A DNA stretch of 64,000 bases from an uncultured Planctomycetaceae bacterium (lineage in GTDB: Bacteria > Planctomycetota > Planctomycetia > Pirellulales > Pirellulaceae). Both the position numbers and the translations under genes were made by a program. The notes beneath the pieces are model-generated. The model was not told the DNA's origin. It ran no database searches and was given only the letters and a program-made list of their open reading frames with translations. Location: the NCBI GenBank assembly GCA_937862885.1, contig CALMEE010000121.1, forward strand, positions 66,373 through 130,372, written 5' to 3'. Shown one piece after another: positions 1-9,995 of the stretch. Positions within the stretch are counted from its first letter, which is position 1; each line of letters starts with the position of its first letter.

Positions 1-1086
1 GTCATTCATCGACTTGCGTTCCTCCGCCGAGCTAGGCCGCTCGGCGCGGATTGCTTCCGACTTCGCCATACAGGCTTTTGCCAACCCTAATTGAATCTGC
101 AACCAGTCGACGCGACTGCGATCATTTGGCCGAATGTCTTTTACAATTGGTCCCAAATAATAGATGATATCGTTGTACGGGTAAGGCTGTTTAGCTTCCC
201 AGCAATTCAGGGCCACCAATGCGGCGTGTCGTTTTAATTCGTAGAACGCGGGAACATTTTCCTGAGAAAAAACATTGACGGTGAGATTGCTCAGTGCTTC
301 GTCATGATTCCCCAACTTGAGATGACAGCGCGCAGCAAACAGTGCTGCGTCGAGGCCTCCGGCGTAGTTACTGTAATCTTCAAAAATTTTCTCATACTCT
401 TTGGCGGCCTCAGCCAACAGTCGGCGATATTCGGGCGACTCCTCGCCATAAGTGTCCGCCAACTTTTCTTTCACCGATGGCGACATGCGACGAATCAGCA
501 CAAATTCTTTGCGCAACTCTTCCAATCGAGACTTGCCCTTATCGTCACCTGGCTGACCTAATCTCCTGATTTCGTTGGCCAATTCTGTTCGGTTTTCTTC
601 AAATGACGTAGCGGCTTTATTCAAAAAGTCTCGGGCTTGTTCACGCAGCTGCGAAGCTTGCTGCACCGTCAACCGACTATTGTTCGCACTGTCCATTGCC
701 AAATTCGCGCGTGTCATTAGCAAATTGGCGCGTGACCGCTGCGCTTCGGATTTAAGCTCCGCTGCAGGATTGGTAGCCAAGAATTGGTCCAACACTTGTT
801 GCGCCTGGTCTAACGCCTGTTCTCGCTTCTGTGGCTCGCGCGTACGCTGAACGCTTGCCATCAACGTAGTCGCCTTTTCGATGGGAACACGAACCTTGAA
901 ACTCTCCGACACAAGGGCGCTGGTTTGCATTTGGTCAAGATAGTCCAAGGCAATGTCATAATTGTGGCTGTCGCGCAGTGCCCTCAGAAACCGCTCTGCT
1001 GGCTCCTCAGCAAATGCTGGTTGAAAGCCGAGCAACCACGCCAGACCAATTACCAATAGTCCAATATCCGCAAAAATTCTTTGCAT
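1..1086 (-). CDS. Hypothetical secreted protein; the 3' end lies beyond the window start
   Basis: Manual reverse-complement translation from ATG (complement of 1084-1086) gives MQRIFADIGLLVIGLAWLLGFQPAFAEEPAERFLRALRDSHNYDIALDYL..., a clean signal peptide followed by a continuous helical-looking protein to position 1. The plus-strand track ORFs at 304-850 are its antisense shadows. The track does not list it because it runs off the edge. Confidence 0.55.
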   Translation of the reverse strand, partial: MQRIFADIGLLVIGLAWLLGFQPAFAEEPAERFLRALRDSHNYDIALDYLDQMQTSALVSESFKVRVPIEKATTLMASVQRTREPQKREQALDQAQQVLDQFLATNPAAELKSEAQRSRANLLMTRANLAMDSANNSRLTVQQASQLREQARDFLNKAATSFEENRTELANEIRRLGQPGDDKGKSRLEELRKEFVLIRRMSPSVKEKLADTYGEESPEYRRLLAEAAKEYEKIFEDYSNYAGGLDAALFAARCHLKLGNHDEALSNLTVNVFSQENVPAFYELKRHAALVALNCWEAKQPYPYNDIIYYLGPIVKDIRPNDRSRVDWLQIQLGLAKACMAKSEAIRAERPSSAEERKSMND

Positions 1087-2157
1087 TGTCTCAACCATAA
1101 GCTCTGATATTCGAAGCCTCTAACCGAAGCTCCCATTTAGCCAGTGGCTAATAGAAATTGTTATCACTGTTCGCACGATACCAAAATCAAAGCACCAGTC
1201 GGAATGGAGGTTCCTCGTGCTCAACTCGCCCCACAATCTGCTGCCACCGCAATCAACTTCGACTTCACATGGCAAATCGCTTACTCATTATCAATTCACT
1301 TCAGTCGGCACAACATGCGTTTTGTCACAATAAGCGGCACCCAACCATAATCTGCATCGTCCCATTGTTTGGCAGCGACCTGCTTTCAGAATTCCGAGTC
1401 GCTGCTTAATTTCCAACTTGCGACGCGTCGGTTTGAGGAAAACTCAAGCAATCGATTACGTTCCCACAAGAACGGGAATCGCCGTTTTCTGGACCCGGCT
1501 CCACAAGTTAGACTCGCGATTTGTGTTGTCAATTCAACAACCAACGATCACCAATCTCCCGTTTAACGCATGGAATGCAACACGCCGACGACCACTGTGA
1601 GAGCTTGTGTCTCTCTTTTAAGTTACCGGACAGGTTGTACGAAGGCAAGCATTAGGAACTGTTTTACGCAACCGTCAAATCTACGAAAATTTGACAAATC
1701 CACGCCGACCCCTGCCACAATTTTGGGGATTGGGTGTGGCGAATGTAAATTCTTTCAGTCTCTGATAGAATCACAAGGGGATACTCAGAGACGGCACGAC
1801 GTTTGGCCTGCTGGGAAACACCCCTACAAAGTTGCTTTTACTTGACTTGCACCCCGTATAATTAAACAAGCGGTCGCAAAGAGTCTTCAATTTTCGGCGA
1901 ACATGTTGTTTCTCAAACATTGCACCGATCCACGTGCTTTCTGAGATCCAAACCTTTGCTTCCGCTAACCGGCAATGACGCACCCGTTCTTGCCCACGGC
2001 CCGGCGAAACAAACAACTGAGCTAGGCTCATCTAAGGACATTACCGTTAAACGACAAAGTGGCCGTGAAAACCTGCACAGAATTAAGGCGTTTGATGCGG
2101 ATTGAGGATGCCACCAACGATTAATGCGGTTGCGGAATTTTGACACGAAATTGAGAA

Positions 2158-3780
2158 ATGAACGACAAAAGCAAGCCAACAGATGATTCTCAGAAAGCAC
2201 CAGAGTCTATCGACCTCCAGGCTCAGATCGAGGGTTTGCTCAGCGCCGACTCGCATGAGGATCAACCTGCCCGTTCAGCTAAGACCTTGCATGCATCAAA
2301 AAGTTGGCGGCACGCGCAACAACCGAATCAGCGCGAGTATGGTTTCATGGGCGGAGGCCCAGCTTACGGCGGTGTCCGGAGAATAGGACTCTTGGTCATC
2401 ATGTTGGTTCTAGTCGTATACGGAATGTACGAAGCGGGGAAGCCGGAAAATTGGAATTGGATGGGTTTCGACCAAGCCGAACAGCAAACCCAGCACGAAC
2501 CAACGGACGAGTTCGATGAAGACGCAATTAAAACTACGATTCAGGCCCCCGGGGCACCACATCATTCCAATGAAGTTGACACCCAATCGAGGGACAATCC
2601 AGACGCTGAACAACCGCGACAAATCCTGGATGATTCTGCGGATGACATTTGGGGGGAATTCGACCTAACTCAAGCAAGTCGGGAGGAGTTTTGGTCTCAA
2701 GTCTTCAAGAAATTGGATCGAAAGGAGCGGCTTCATTTGTTTCGCTTTGTGCGATCCCTGGATCAACCCGAAAAACCTTTGGCCGTGGATGACGACACTC
2801 GTCAGTCGCTGGACACGCTGATACAAAAACTCGACCGGTTTCGTACAGCGTATCACGGGAAGTTGCTGCAGCTGATCGTTCAGGCAAGCAATGCCGGGAT
2901 CGCAACCAATTCTCAACCCAGTTGGAGTGAATTGCTGCTGGAACTCCAACAGGACTGGGAATACCAAGTCCACCCAGCCTTGAAAGCTGGGCTGCTTGGC
3001 CCATTGTCGGACACACAACAGCTTGCCGCAATATCATGGTTGAATGAAACGCTTCGCCGTATTTCACGTGACCAAATCAAGGACGGAACGGCTGAAATTC
3101 GAGATGTCGAGTTGCCCGCTTGGTTGGATCTGATGGAGAGTTTGGCGTCCCAATCCTCAGCCGAAATCGCATCGCGTTCGTTAGGTTTCGTTGACATAAC
3201 GCAGCTGATGGGTCAAACATCCGCGTATCGAGGCAAAGTCGTTTCGATCCGTGGCATGTTATTGAGAATTCAAAGACAACCCATAAGCGAACCCATCCAA
3301 GAACAGCACCATGTCTTCGAACTATGGATCGCGCCCTTGCGACCATCCGTATTTCCATTTTCCGTTTATGCCTTGGAAGCACCTGATGAGTTTCATGATG
3401 TGGGTTGGGAACCAGTCAACACACGACGTATCTTGACGTTGGATGGTATTCTCTTTAAACGTCGTTTTTTCACTGCGGACGATGACAAACCGGCCGAAGC
3501 CCCATTGCTCCTCGCCAAACGCCCGACGATTCAGGTCTCAAGCGAATTTGATTCACTCGGACCAGATATCCTGAGTTGGAGTGGCTGGGTTTGGTCGTTT
3601 GTCGTGGGTGCGATCATTTTAGCTGCCAGTGGTATCAGCGTGCTGGCGTGGCGTTCCGCAAGGCGGCGTTCTCGATTTCCTGGTCACGATGAACGAAAAA
3701 TCATTGACAAGCTGAGCGAGTTACGAACCAATCCTGAAGTCAAAACGATCGAAGAACGGATAGCCGATCTCAATGACTAA
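2158..3780 (+). CDS. Hypothetical membrane protein with an acidic N-terminus, a TM helix near residue 75 and a C-terminal TM anchor; paralog of the next gene
   Basis: 540-aa ORF with hydrophobic helices RRIGLLVIMLVLVVYGMY and WSGWVWSFVVGAIILAASGISVLAW. Its C-terminal domain (YRGKVVSIRGMLLRI...GILFKRRFF...PLLLAKRPTI) is mirrored in the downstream ORF. Confidence 0.6.
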   Translation: MNDKSKPTDDSQKAPESIDLQAQIEGLLSADSHEDQPARSAKTLHASKSWRHAQQPNQREYGFMGGGPAYGGVRRIGLLVIMLVLVVYGMYEAGKPENWNWMGFDQAEQQTQHEPTDEFDEDAIKTTIQAPGAPHHSNEVDTQSRDNPDAEQPRQILDDSADDIWGEFDLTQASREEFWSQVFKKLDRKERLHLFRFVRSLDQPEKPLAVDDDTRQSLDTLIQKLDRFRTAYHGKLLQLIVQASNAGIATNSQPSWSELLLELQQDWEYQVHPALKAGLLGPLSDTQQLAAISWLNETLRRISRDQIKDGTAEIRDVELPAWLDLMESLASQSSAEIASRSLGFVDITQLMGQTSAYRGKVVSIRGMLLRIQRQPISEPIQEQHHVFELWIAPLRPSVFPFSVYALEAPDEFHDVGWEPVNTRRILTLDGILFKRRFFTADDDKPAEAPLLLAKRPTIQVSSEFDSLGPDILSWSGWVWSFVVGAIILAASGISVLAWRSARRRSRFPGHDERKIIDKLSELRTNPEVKTIEERIADLND

Positions 3781-3815
3781 CGGAATACAAATATGTCATT
3801 TTGAAACCTTACATT

Positions 3816-5390
3816 ATGTTGAAATACTCGTCCGTGCGCGATGCTTGGAGTGCTACGCTTAGCCAATTAAGTGGGGAACTTGGCAGTCAAGCCAGTCGCG
3901 GCATTGGTGGCAGTGTTGTACTTGTCCTGCTGCTGGTGATTGGTTTTGGGAATGGGCATTCATTACTGGGAACTGGCTATGCAAGCGCTCAGGAGCTGGA
4001 CTCCCTGGGACAAGAGACTAAGTCGCACGTTAATGAAGCGGATGCACCTTTTCCCCAAGGGCTCAACCCCTTGAATCAAATTCCAGGTTGGCGGCCCTCG
4101 ACGCTACATGATTTCCTTGTGGAAACTGCGTGGCCTAGCAGGCATCCGATGCTGTTGAATACGATCATGCATATTCGCCACCTGCCGTGGGAAAAAATAG
4201 CGCCGGGAAGGCCGTTGTTGTCGGACGCAATTCCTGCCGCACAATGGCCGCTGACCCGGGAAGATCTAGCCGATGGATCTTTGGAAAAAGGACCGGGAGA
4301 TGAAAGGCTGGGGCAAGCATTTGAAATCATCGGAACCGTCACGCGTGTGGTGACGGTGAAATTATCCGAAGAGCAAAAAAGCCAATTCGGCTTTGAGCAT
4401 TACCACATTGCGACAATCCAAGTCCTTGATCATGTTCTCCAAGTCGCCTGTCGGCTGGTTCCACACATTTGGGCGAAGAGTGGACAACAGTTATCTGAAT
4501 CGGTGCGTTGCCCTGCACTGTTGCTTAAATGGGTTGAGCAAAAAAGTCCCCTATTCGTGACAGACTCGATTAGCTGGTTTCCGCAGCAGACCAATCCGCA
4601 ATTAAATGTACTCCCCTCACACGTTTGGTTAGCGCGTCACGGAATTGATATCGGTGCTCGCGAGCGGATCGTACAGCGATCGACGACAGCCATTGGTCAC
4701 CAAGAAACCGACATCGTCATGGAAATGCTAAAGCTGACTGCGAACAACGCTACGCGACCAAATCTTACCCCAGAGCTAGCCGACCTCGAAGGTTGGTTAA
4801 AACGACCTGAAGCACGCTTCGGTACCTATCATCAATTTCAGGGACGCGTGAAACGAATCAGTGTCGTGGAAGTTGAAGCCGATTCTCTGCGCGCCAAGTT
4901 TGGCATGGACCGTTACTATCAGCTTGATGTATCGATAGCGGCCCCGGATATTCGCATTTTAGATCCAACTGGCGAACAACTATTGGACGAACACGGACAA
5001 CCTTTGGTTTATAGCAATCAATACGGAATTGGCATCTTGTGTACTGCACTCCCGAGCGAGATCGACATGCGCGGCAAGTTGTCGCTCGAAACAGACTTAC
5101 TGCTCGAATTCGAGGGCTTTTTCTTGAAGCGTTGGGAGCAACGAAACTTTCGAACCCGCAATATTTCAGCCGATCTCGTGAAATCAACGCCGTTGTTGGT
5201 CGCCTTTCGCCCAAGACTCGCTGATGGTCCGGCCACATTCAATTGGTCGTATACGTTGGCGGTGAGTTTGCTTGGCATTTTCTTGGTTCTGTTCTTTATG
5301 GGCTTCCTGTGGCTTGGTCAGTCGGACAAACTGTCGCGCAACCAGCGATCGGTTCGCCAATTACCAGACACAATCGAAATAAGAGATTGA
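3816..5390 (+). CDS. Hypothetical membrane protein with N- and C-terminal TM anchors; paralog of the 2158-3780 product
   Basis: The track ORF starts at TTG 3801 and the first in-frame ATG is 3816. TM helices GSVVLVLLLVIGFG and YTLAVSLLGIFLVLFFMGFLWLG. The C-terminal segment FQGRVKRISVVEVEAD...GFFLKRWEQRNF...PLLVAFRP matches the upstream gene's pattern. Confidence 0.6.
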   Translation: MLKYSSVRDAWSATLSQLSGELGSQASRGIGGSVVLVLLLVIGFGNGHSLLGTGYASAQELDSLGQETKSHVNEADAPFPQGLNPLNQIPGWRPSTLHDFLVETAWPSRHPMLLNTIMHIRHLPWEKIAPGRPLLSDAIPAAQWPLTREDLADGSLEKGPGDERLGQAFEIIGTVTRVVTVKLSEEQKSQFGFEHYHIATIQVLDHVLQVACRLVPHIWAKSGQQLSESVRCPALLLKWVEQKSPLFVTDSISWFPQQTNPQLNVLPSHVWLARHGIDIGARERIVQRSTTAIGHQETDIVMEMLKLTANNATRPNLTPELADLEGWLKRPEARFGTYHQFQGRVKRISVVEVEADSLRAKFGMDRYYQLDVSIAAPDIRILDPTGEQLLDEHGQPLVYSNQYGIGILCTALPSEIDMRGKLSLETDLLLEFEGFFLKRWEQRNFRTRNISADLVKSTPLLVAFRPRLADGPATFNWSYTLAVSLLGIFLVLFFMGFLWLGQSDKLSRNQRSVRQLPDTIEIRD

Positions 5391-5968
5391 TTTGTTGTGA
5401 ATCATTGAGTGCCCCAAAATTTCGCTCATCGGTCGGCAGCTCTGAATTCCGGGTGCCTGGATTTTTCGGGTGATAATCCAAAAAAGTCGATTCGAAAATA
5501 GGTACCGAGCATTCAGCCAATTTGACGAAACGTAACAAATTGAACGTTTGGCAAACCAGCGTCACCAAGACCCCGTGCTTTCGCGGCGAGACAACCCGAA
5601 AACTCAAGATCCGTCTTGGTGTTTATCATGCTAAACGGTATTGTTATTTCAGGATGTCGTTGCAGCAAAAGTGGAATCACGGACGCCTATGTCACAAGTA
5701 TCATCAACGGACTTGCCGGGACTCAGATCAAATCGCTATTTTATTTTCGACTTGATTCTACGACTCGAAATTAAACTGAAGTACATAGCATATTAGCCTG
5801 AATACGATTTTCGACTTTAGTGGTGTCGCGAATCCTGCATAAGTCGATTCGGACCCACGAACCATTTTCGTCACCAGATTTGAAAAGCAGAAGATCGACT
5901 TCGGGCAATCATCCGTCATTAGCGCAAATCGTTCTTGCAAGAAGAAACCATTAGGAAAGCCTTCAACT

Positions 5969-7642
5969 ATGTTGTCAACCAAAATCGCGCAACGCTTATC
6001 TTCATGGCTCTCCCTGGTGCCAGTTGTGATTGCTCTGGCGGCCTACCTCTCACATTTCGAAAATCGGCTTGAGGCGTTTTGCCAAACCGTCAAGTCTTCA
6101 TTTGAGGAACCGAGTTCGGATAGCGGGAGCGAGAAGTTCACGCTTGTCGTGTTGCCAAGCGGTTTTGATGCTGCCCTACAACCTTGGATTGAGTTGCGCC
6201 GATCGCAAGGATTTGTTATTCAGGTAATGCGTCCCAAGACAACGGCCTACGGGTTGACTTCGGAAATCAGGAAGCGACACAAAAATTCTCCGCTGGCTAA
6301 TATTGTGTTGATAGGCGACGCACTGAACGATAGTGCGCCGGAGTTGGTTGTGCCGACGGATTACGTTCCCGCCGTTGTCAATGTTCGCCTGGGATCAGAG
6401 CCAGAAATCGCGACCGACAATAGCTTTGCGGACTTGACTGGAAACGGATTGCCAGATGTGCCAATCGGCCGCATGAGTGTCAAAACGGCTGACGAATTGG
6501 CGGTTTTGGTCAAGAAGATAATCGATTACGAAACCAGTTCGGACTTCGGATTGTGGCGTCGACGTATTGACTTCACCGCTGGCACAGGTGGATTCGGCCC
6601 GGTAATCGATCGGGCTATCGAATCGACGGCGAAACAAATGATCACCGACTTGGTTCCCAGTAGTTACGAAACCACAATGACCTTTGCCAGTTGGACTAGC
6701 CCTTACTGCCCCGATCCACGTCGTTTCACACAAACTACTGTGGCGAATTTAAGTCGCGGCGGGCTTTTTTGGGTTTACATCGGTCACGGTCATCCTCAAC
6801 GCCTTGATTACCTGCAAGTGCCTGGCGGTTATTTCCCGATTTTCGGAATTGATGATTGTTCGGAGTTAAGCTGCGAAGCTACTCAGCCCATTGGCCTGAT
6901 GTTGAGCTGTTATGTGAACGCTTTTGACTTTCAAAATGACTGCTTAGGCGAAAAACTCATTCGCAGTCCGGGGGGCCCCATAGCCGTAGTAGGTGGTACG
7001 CGCGTCACCATGCCGTACGCTATGTCCCTGATTGCCCTGAACATGATCAACGATTACTTCGTATCGGGAGAATCGACAACGCTTGGCGAATTGTTGTTGC
7101 GCTCCAAATTACGTTTATTGGAATCTGGTGCAGACAATGAATATCGACAAATGATTGATACGATGGGTAAATTGTTCAGTCCATTTGCTGATTCGCTGGA
7201 CGATGAATTGCTGGAACATGTCAAGTTGTTTCACATCTTGGGGGATCCATTGCTGACCTTGCGGCGGCCTTCCACTATAAAACTTGCTGCACCGAATTCG
7301 GCAATTGCTGGATCCACCATTCTTATCAAAGGTGTCGCTGACATGGACGGCAAACTTACGCTCGAGTTCTGTCATCGGCGAGACCAATTGCCCAACCGGA
7401 CCCGCCGGCGCAAGGAGTTCGTCCTTGATCACGAATTGCTGTGCGAATTTCACGATACCTATATGCAGTCCAATGACCACGTATGCGTGGCCTTTCATCA
7501 AAGCGTTATGTCGGGCGATTTCGAGGTCGAATTAAAGATACCAGAAAATGTAAAGGGACCCATGGTCGTCCGCGCTCACATCGAGAGCGAAAATGATTTT
7601 GCCCTAGGTGAAGTTCATGTCGTCGTGGAGAAAAGCCGTTAA
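5969..7642 (+). CDS. Putative clan-CD cysteine peptidase (C25/gingipain-like) with an N-terminal membrane anchor
   Basis: 557 aa. N-terminal TM LSSWLSLVPVVIALAAYL. A His-Gly dyad (FWVYIGHGHPQRL) sits upstream of a hydrophobic stretch ending in Ser-Cys (IGLMLSCYVNAF), which is the clan-CD catalytic arrangement. The assignment rests on motifs only. Confidence 0.45.
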   Translation: MLSTKIAQRLSSWLSLVPVVIALAAYLSHFENRLEAFCQTVKSSFEEPSSDSGSEKFTLVVLPSGFDAALQPWIELRRSQGFVIQVMRPKTTAYGLTSEIRKRHKNSPLANIVLIGDALNDSAPELVVPTDYVPAVVNVRLGSEPEIATDNSFADLTGNGLPDVPIGRMSVKTADELAVLVKKIIDYETSSDFGLWRRRIDFTAGTGGFGPVIDRAIESTAKQMITDLVPSSYETTMTFASWTSPYCPDPRRFTQTTVANLSRGGLFWVYIGHGHPQRLDYLQVPGGYFPIFGIDDCSELSCEATQPIGLMLSCYVNAFDFQNDCLGEKLIRSPGGPIAVVGGTRVTMPYAMSLIALNMINDYFVSGESTTLGELLLRSKLRLLESGADNEYRQMIDTMGKLFSPFADSLDDELLEHVKLFHILGDPLLTLRRPSTIKLAAPNSAIAGSTILIKGVADMDGKLTLEFCHRRDQLPNRTRRRKEFVLDHELLCEFHDTYMQSNDHVCVAFHQSVMSGDFEVELKIPENVKGPMVVRAHIESENDFALGEVHVVVEKSR

Positions 7643-7938
7643 ACGACTTTTGCGGCATGGTTTGCCAAATCCATTCGCCAGCCTCTCGACCGCTCCGCAT
7701 AGCTTCTTGGATCGTTGCCACGTCATGGGAGTCGCCACAAACGATCAAGCCGTCGGCGCGAACGCGAAACCGTGGTTGATTTGTCGGAAGGCGAAGCGGA
7801 AATCAACTCGCCAAACGCCCATCGAACTTGGCTTGCCTGTGCCCAGGTAACAGCCGCTCCCATTCGTATTCGCTCGCGCCGAAGTCGATCCGCCAGTTGC
7901 TCGGCGATCTTTTGCATTCCTCCAGCCGACAAGGCGAA

Positions 7939-8040
7939 TGGCTTTAAAGTGGCTTTAAAGGACAGGAAAGTGGCTTTAAAGGACAGGCATTTTAAGCGGT
8001 AAAAAGTGGCTTTAAAGGACAGGCATTTTAAGCGGTAAAA
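7939..8040. repeat. Tandem direct repeat: two full 34-bp units (36-bp period) preceded by two truncated copies
   Basis: TGGCTTTAAAGGACAGGCATTTTAAGCGGTAAAA occurs at 7971-8004 and 8007-8040. Truncated copies TGGCTTTAAAG (7939-7949) and TGGCTTTAAAGGACAGG (7950-7966) precede them. The repeat is intergenic, upstream of selD. Confidence 0.85.
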
Positions 8041-8484
8041 TGCGGTTTTTTTCGGGTTTTGAGGAATGTTGGGTGCTCCGAGATGCTTGGGTGGCCGAAG
8101 TTGCCATTGGACCCAGCGCGTCAAAAATTGAATAGTTGTACGTTGATTATCGCTTCAATTGTCCGTTCTTTTTACTGTGGTTCCGATTCCAACTTCATCC
8201 GCAATCATTACGGGTGCATTATTTGGTATCCTTTATGTATCTTTTGTCTTTAATGTTGATTTTGATGGGCAGGCGTTTTAGGACGTTTTGGAACGGGTTG
8301 ATCGGGAAGTCTCGCCAAGCAAATGACATAGCACAATTTGTTGCGGAAACTGATCCGTCAACCAATTGAACGCGACGCATTGCTGTGCTGATCGACGCGA
8401 TATCATGGAACGCACCACGGGCAATAATGCACAATCCCTTTGGAAAACAGACCTTCCATTTACTCAAACCAATCGAGGTAGATC

Positions 8485-9525
8485 ATGACGACCGGACAAC
8501 AAATTCGCTTAACTTCGTACGCCAGCTGCGCTGGCTGTGCCGCTAAGCTTGGGCCAGGAGACTTGGCCCGTGCGATTGGACCGCTTCGCAACCTGTTTCA
8601 ACCCAGTGACTTTCCGCAGCTTTTGGTTGGCCTAGCCAAGGTTGACGATGCAGCCGTGTACCAATTGAACCCAACTCAAGCCATCATCGCTACGACAGAT
8701 TTCTTTCCACCGGTCGTCGACGACCCAGCTGACTTTGGAGCCATTGCTGCCGCGAATGCGATGTCCGATGTTTACGCGATGGGTGGGCAAGTGCTTTTTG
8801 CCATCAATCTCGTGGCTTTTCCAGAAGACCTGGGCATCGATTTGTTAGCCGAGATCCTGCGCGGCGGCGCTGAGAAAGTGGCCGAAGCAGGGGGCGCTAT
8901 TGCGGGTGGCCATAGCGTCAGCGACAAAGAGCCCAAGTACGGCTTGGCAGTTATCGGCATCATTCACCCAGATCAGGTCAAAACGAAAGGAGGAGCCAAG
9001 CCAGGTGATTTGCTCTTCTTAACGAAATCGCTGGGAGTGGGCTTGATCACGACGGCACTTAAACGCGAACAAGCAAGCCCCGAGGACGTGGCGGCCGCAG
9101 TTACAAGCATGAAAACTCTAAATAAAATAGCTGCCGAAGCGGCCTTGTCGGCGCAAGCACACGCCATGTCCGACATAACTGGCTTTGGTTTTTTCGGTCA
9201 TAGTAGCGAGATGGCAACAGCTGGCGAAGTGGATTTTGAAATTCAAGCGGACAAAATCCCGTGGTTGCCGGGCGCTCAGAATTACGCAGCGGCCGGACAC
9301 TTTCCAGGTGGCATGAAGCGCAATCAAAGCCATTTCGAATCCAAAGTCCGTTGTGGCGCTCAAGTAGATTCCCTAATCCATTCCATGTTGATGACACCGG
9401 AAACTTCGGGAGGTCTTTTAGTTGCCGTTGCACCGGAACATGGTGACACATTTCGCTCTCAATGCAAAACTGCAATCGAAATCGGACGCGTCAAGCCCGG
9501 CAATGGTCTTGTGCATGTTCAATAG
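8485..9525 (+). CDS. selD: Selenide, water dikinase (selenophosphate synthetase), Cys-type
   Basis: N-terminal SYASCAGCAAKLGPGDLARA matches the SelD active-site loop with Cys (not Sec). AIR-synthase-related fold motifs DDAAVY, ATTDFFPPVVDDPADFGAIAAANAMSDVYAMGG and GGHS are present. A GAGG ribosome-binding site lies upstream. Confidence 0.9.
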   Translation: MTTGQQIRLTSYASCAGCAAKLGPGDLARAIGPLRNLFQPSDFPQLLVGLAKVDDAAVYQLNPTQAIIATTDFFPPVVDDPADFGAIAAANAMSDVYAMGGQVLFAINLVAFPEDLGIDLLAEILRGGAEKVAEAGGAIAGGHSVSDKEPKYGLAVIGIIHPDQVKTKGGAKPGDLLFLTKSLGVGLITTALKREQASPEDVAAAVTSMKTLNKIAAEAALSAQAHAMSDITGFGFFGHSSEMATAGEVDFEIQADKIPWLPGAQNYAAAGHFPGGMKRNQSHFESKVRCGAQVDSLIHSMLMTPETSGGLLVAVAPEHGDTFRSQCKTAIEIGRVKPGNGLVHVQ

Positions 9526-9995
9526 CCATTAGACGCCTTCCGCGCAACATCGAGTTCGTCGCTTTGCATTCTCCCAGACTCCCCTTCCCTCATGAGAGCA
9601 AGAATCGTTGGTTGGTTAAGCAAACGCCCACGTTTAGTATGTCTTAACGACGCTGTTCATATTTCATATTCAGAGGTAATTCGGGGCCTTGTCGCCGACC
9701 GCCACTACCAAGTGTGGCCCAATGCCAAAAACCAACTTGATTCTTGCACCCGTTCTCAGCTGTTCGGTACTCGTACTCTTACTCGAATCCCCATGGGACG
9801 GCGCATACGAGTACAATTTCTTTGAGTTCGCGTAAGATGTTGTGGTTAGCCTCGGTGGCATTAGTGAAAACAGGTTAGTTTCGTCGACTTTTCTGATACC
9901 TTGCGACTTACAACAAGCCATTGGATAATTGATGTTGATTTGGACCAGCGCGAGCGACCATCGCTCGCAAGAAAACATTTTTGAAAGGCACTTCA

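Noticed and set aside
304-850. Three plus-strand track ORFs (85, 75 and 91 aa)
   Set aside because: They are antisense to a much longer, protein-like minus-strand ORF (1-1086) that has a signal peptide. Their compositions are Cys/Arg-rich and look like junk.
7939-8040. Possible CRISPR array
   Set aside because: The repeats are contiguous with no unique spacers, the copies are truncated or stuttered, and no cas genes are present. It is a simple tandem repeat.
7723-8124. Minus-strand 133-aa ORF
   Set aside because: Half of its translation (FYRLKCLSFKATFYRLKCLSFKAT...) is produced directly by the DNA tandem repeat, so it is unlikely to be a genuine protein.
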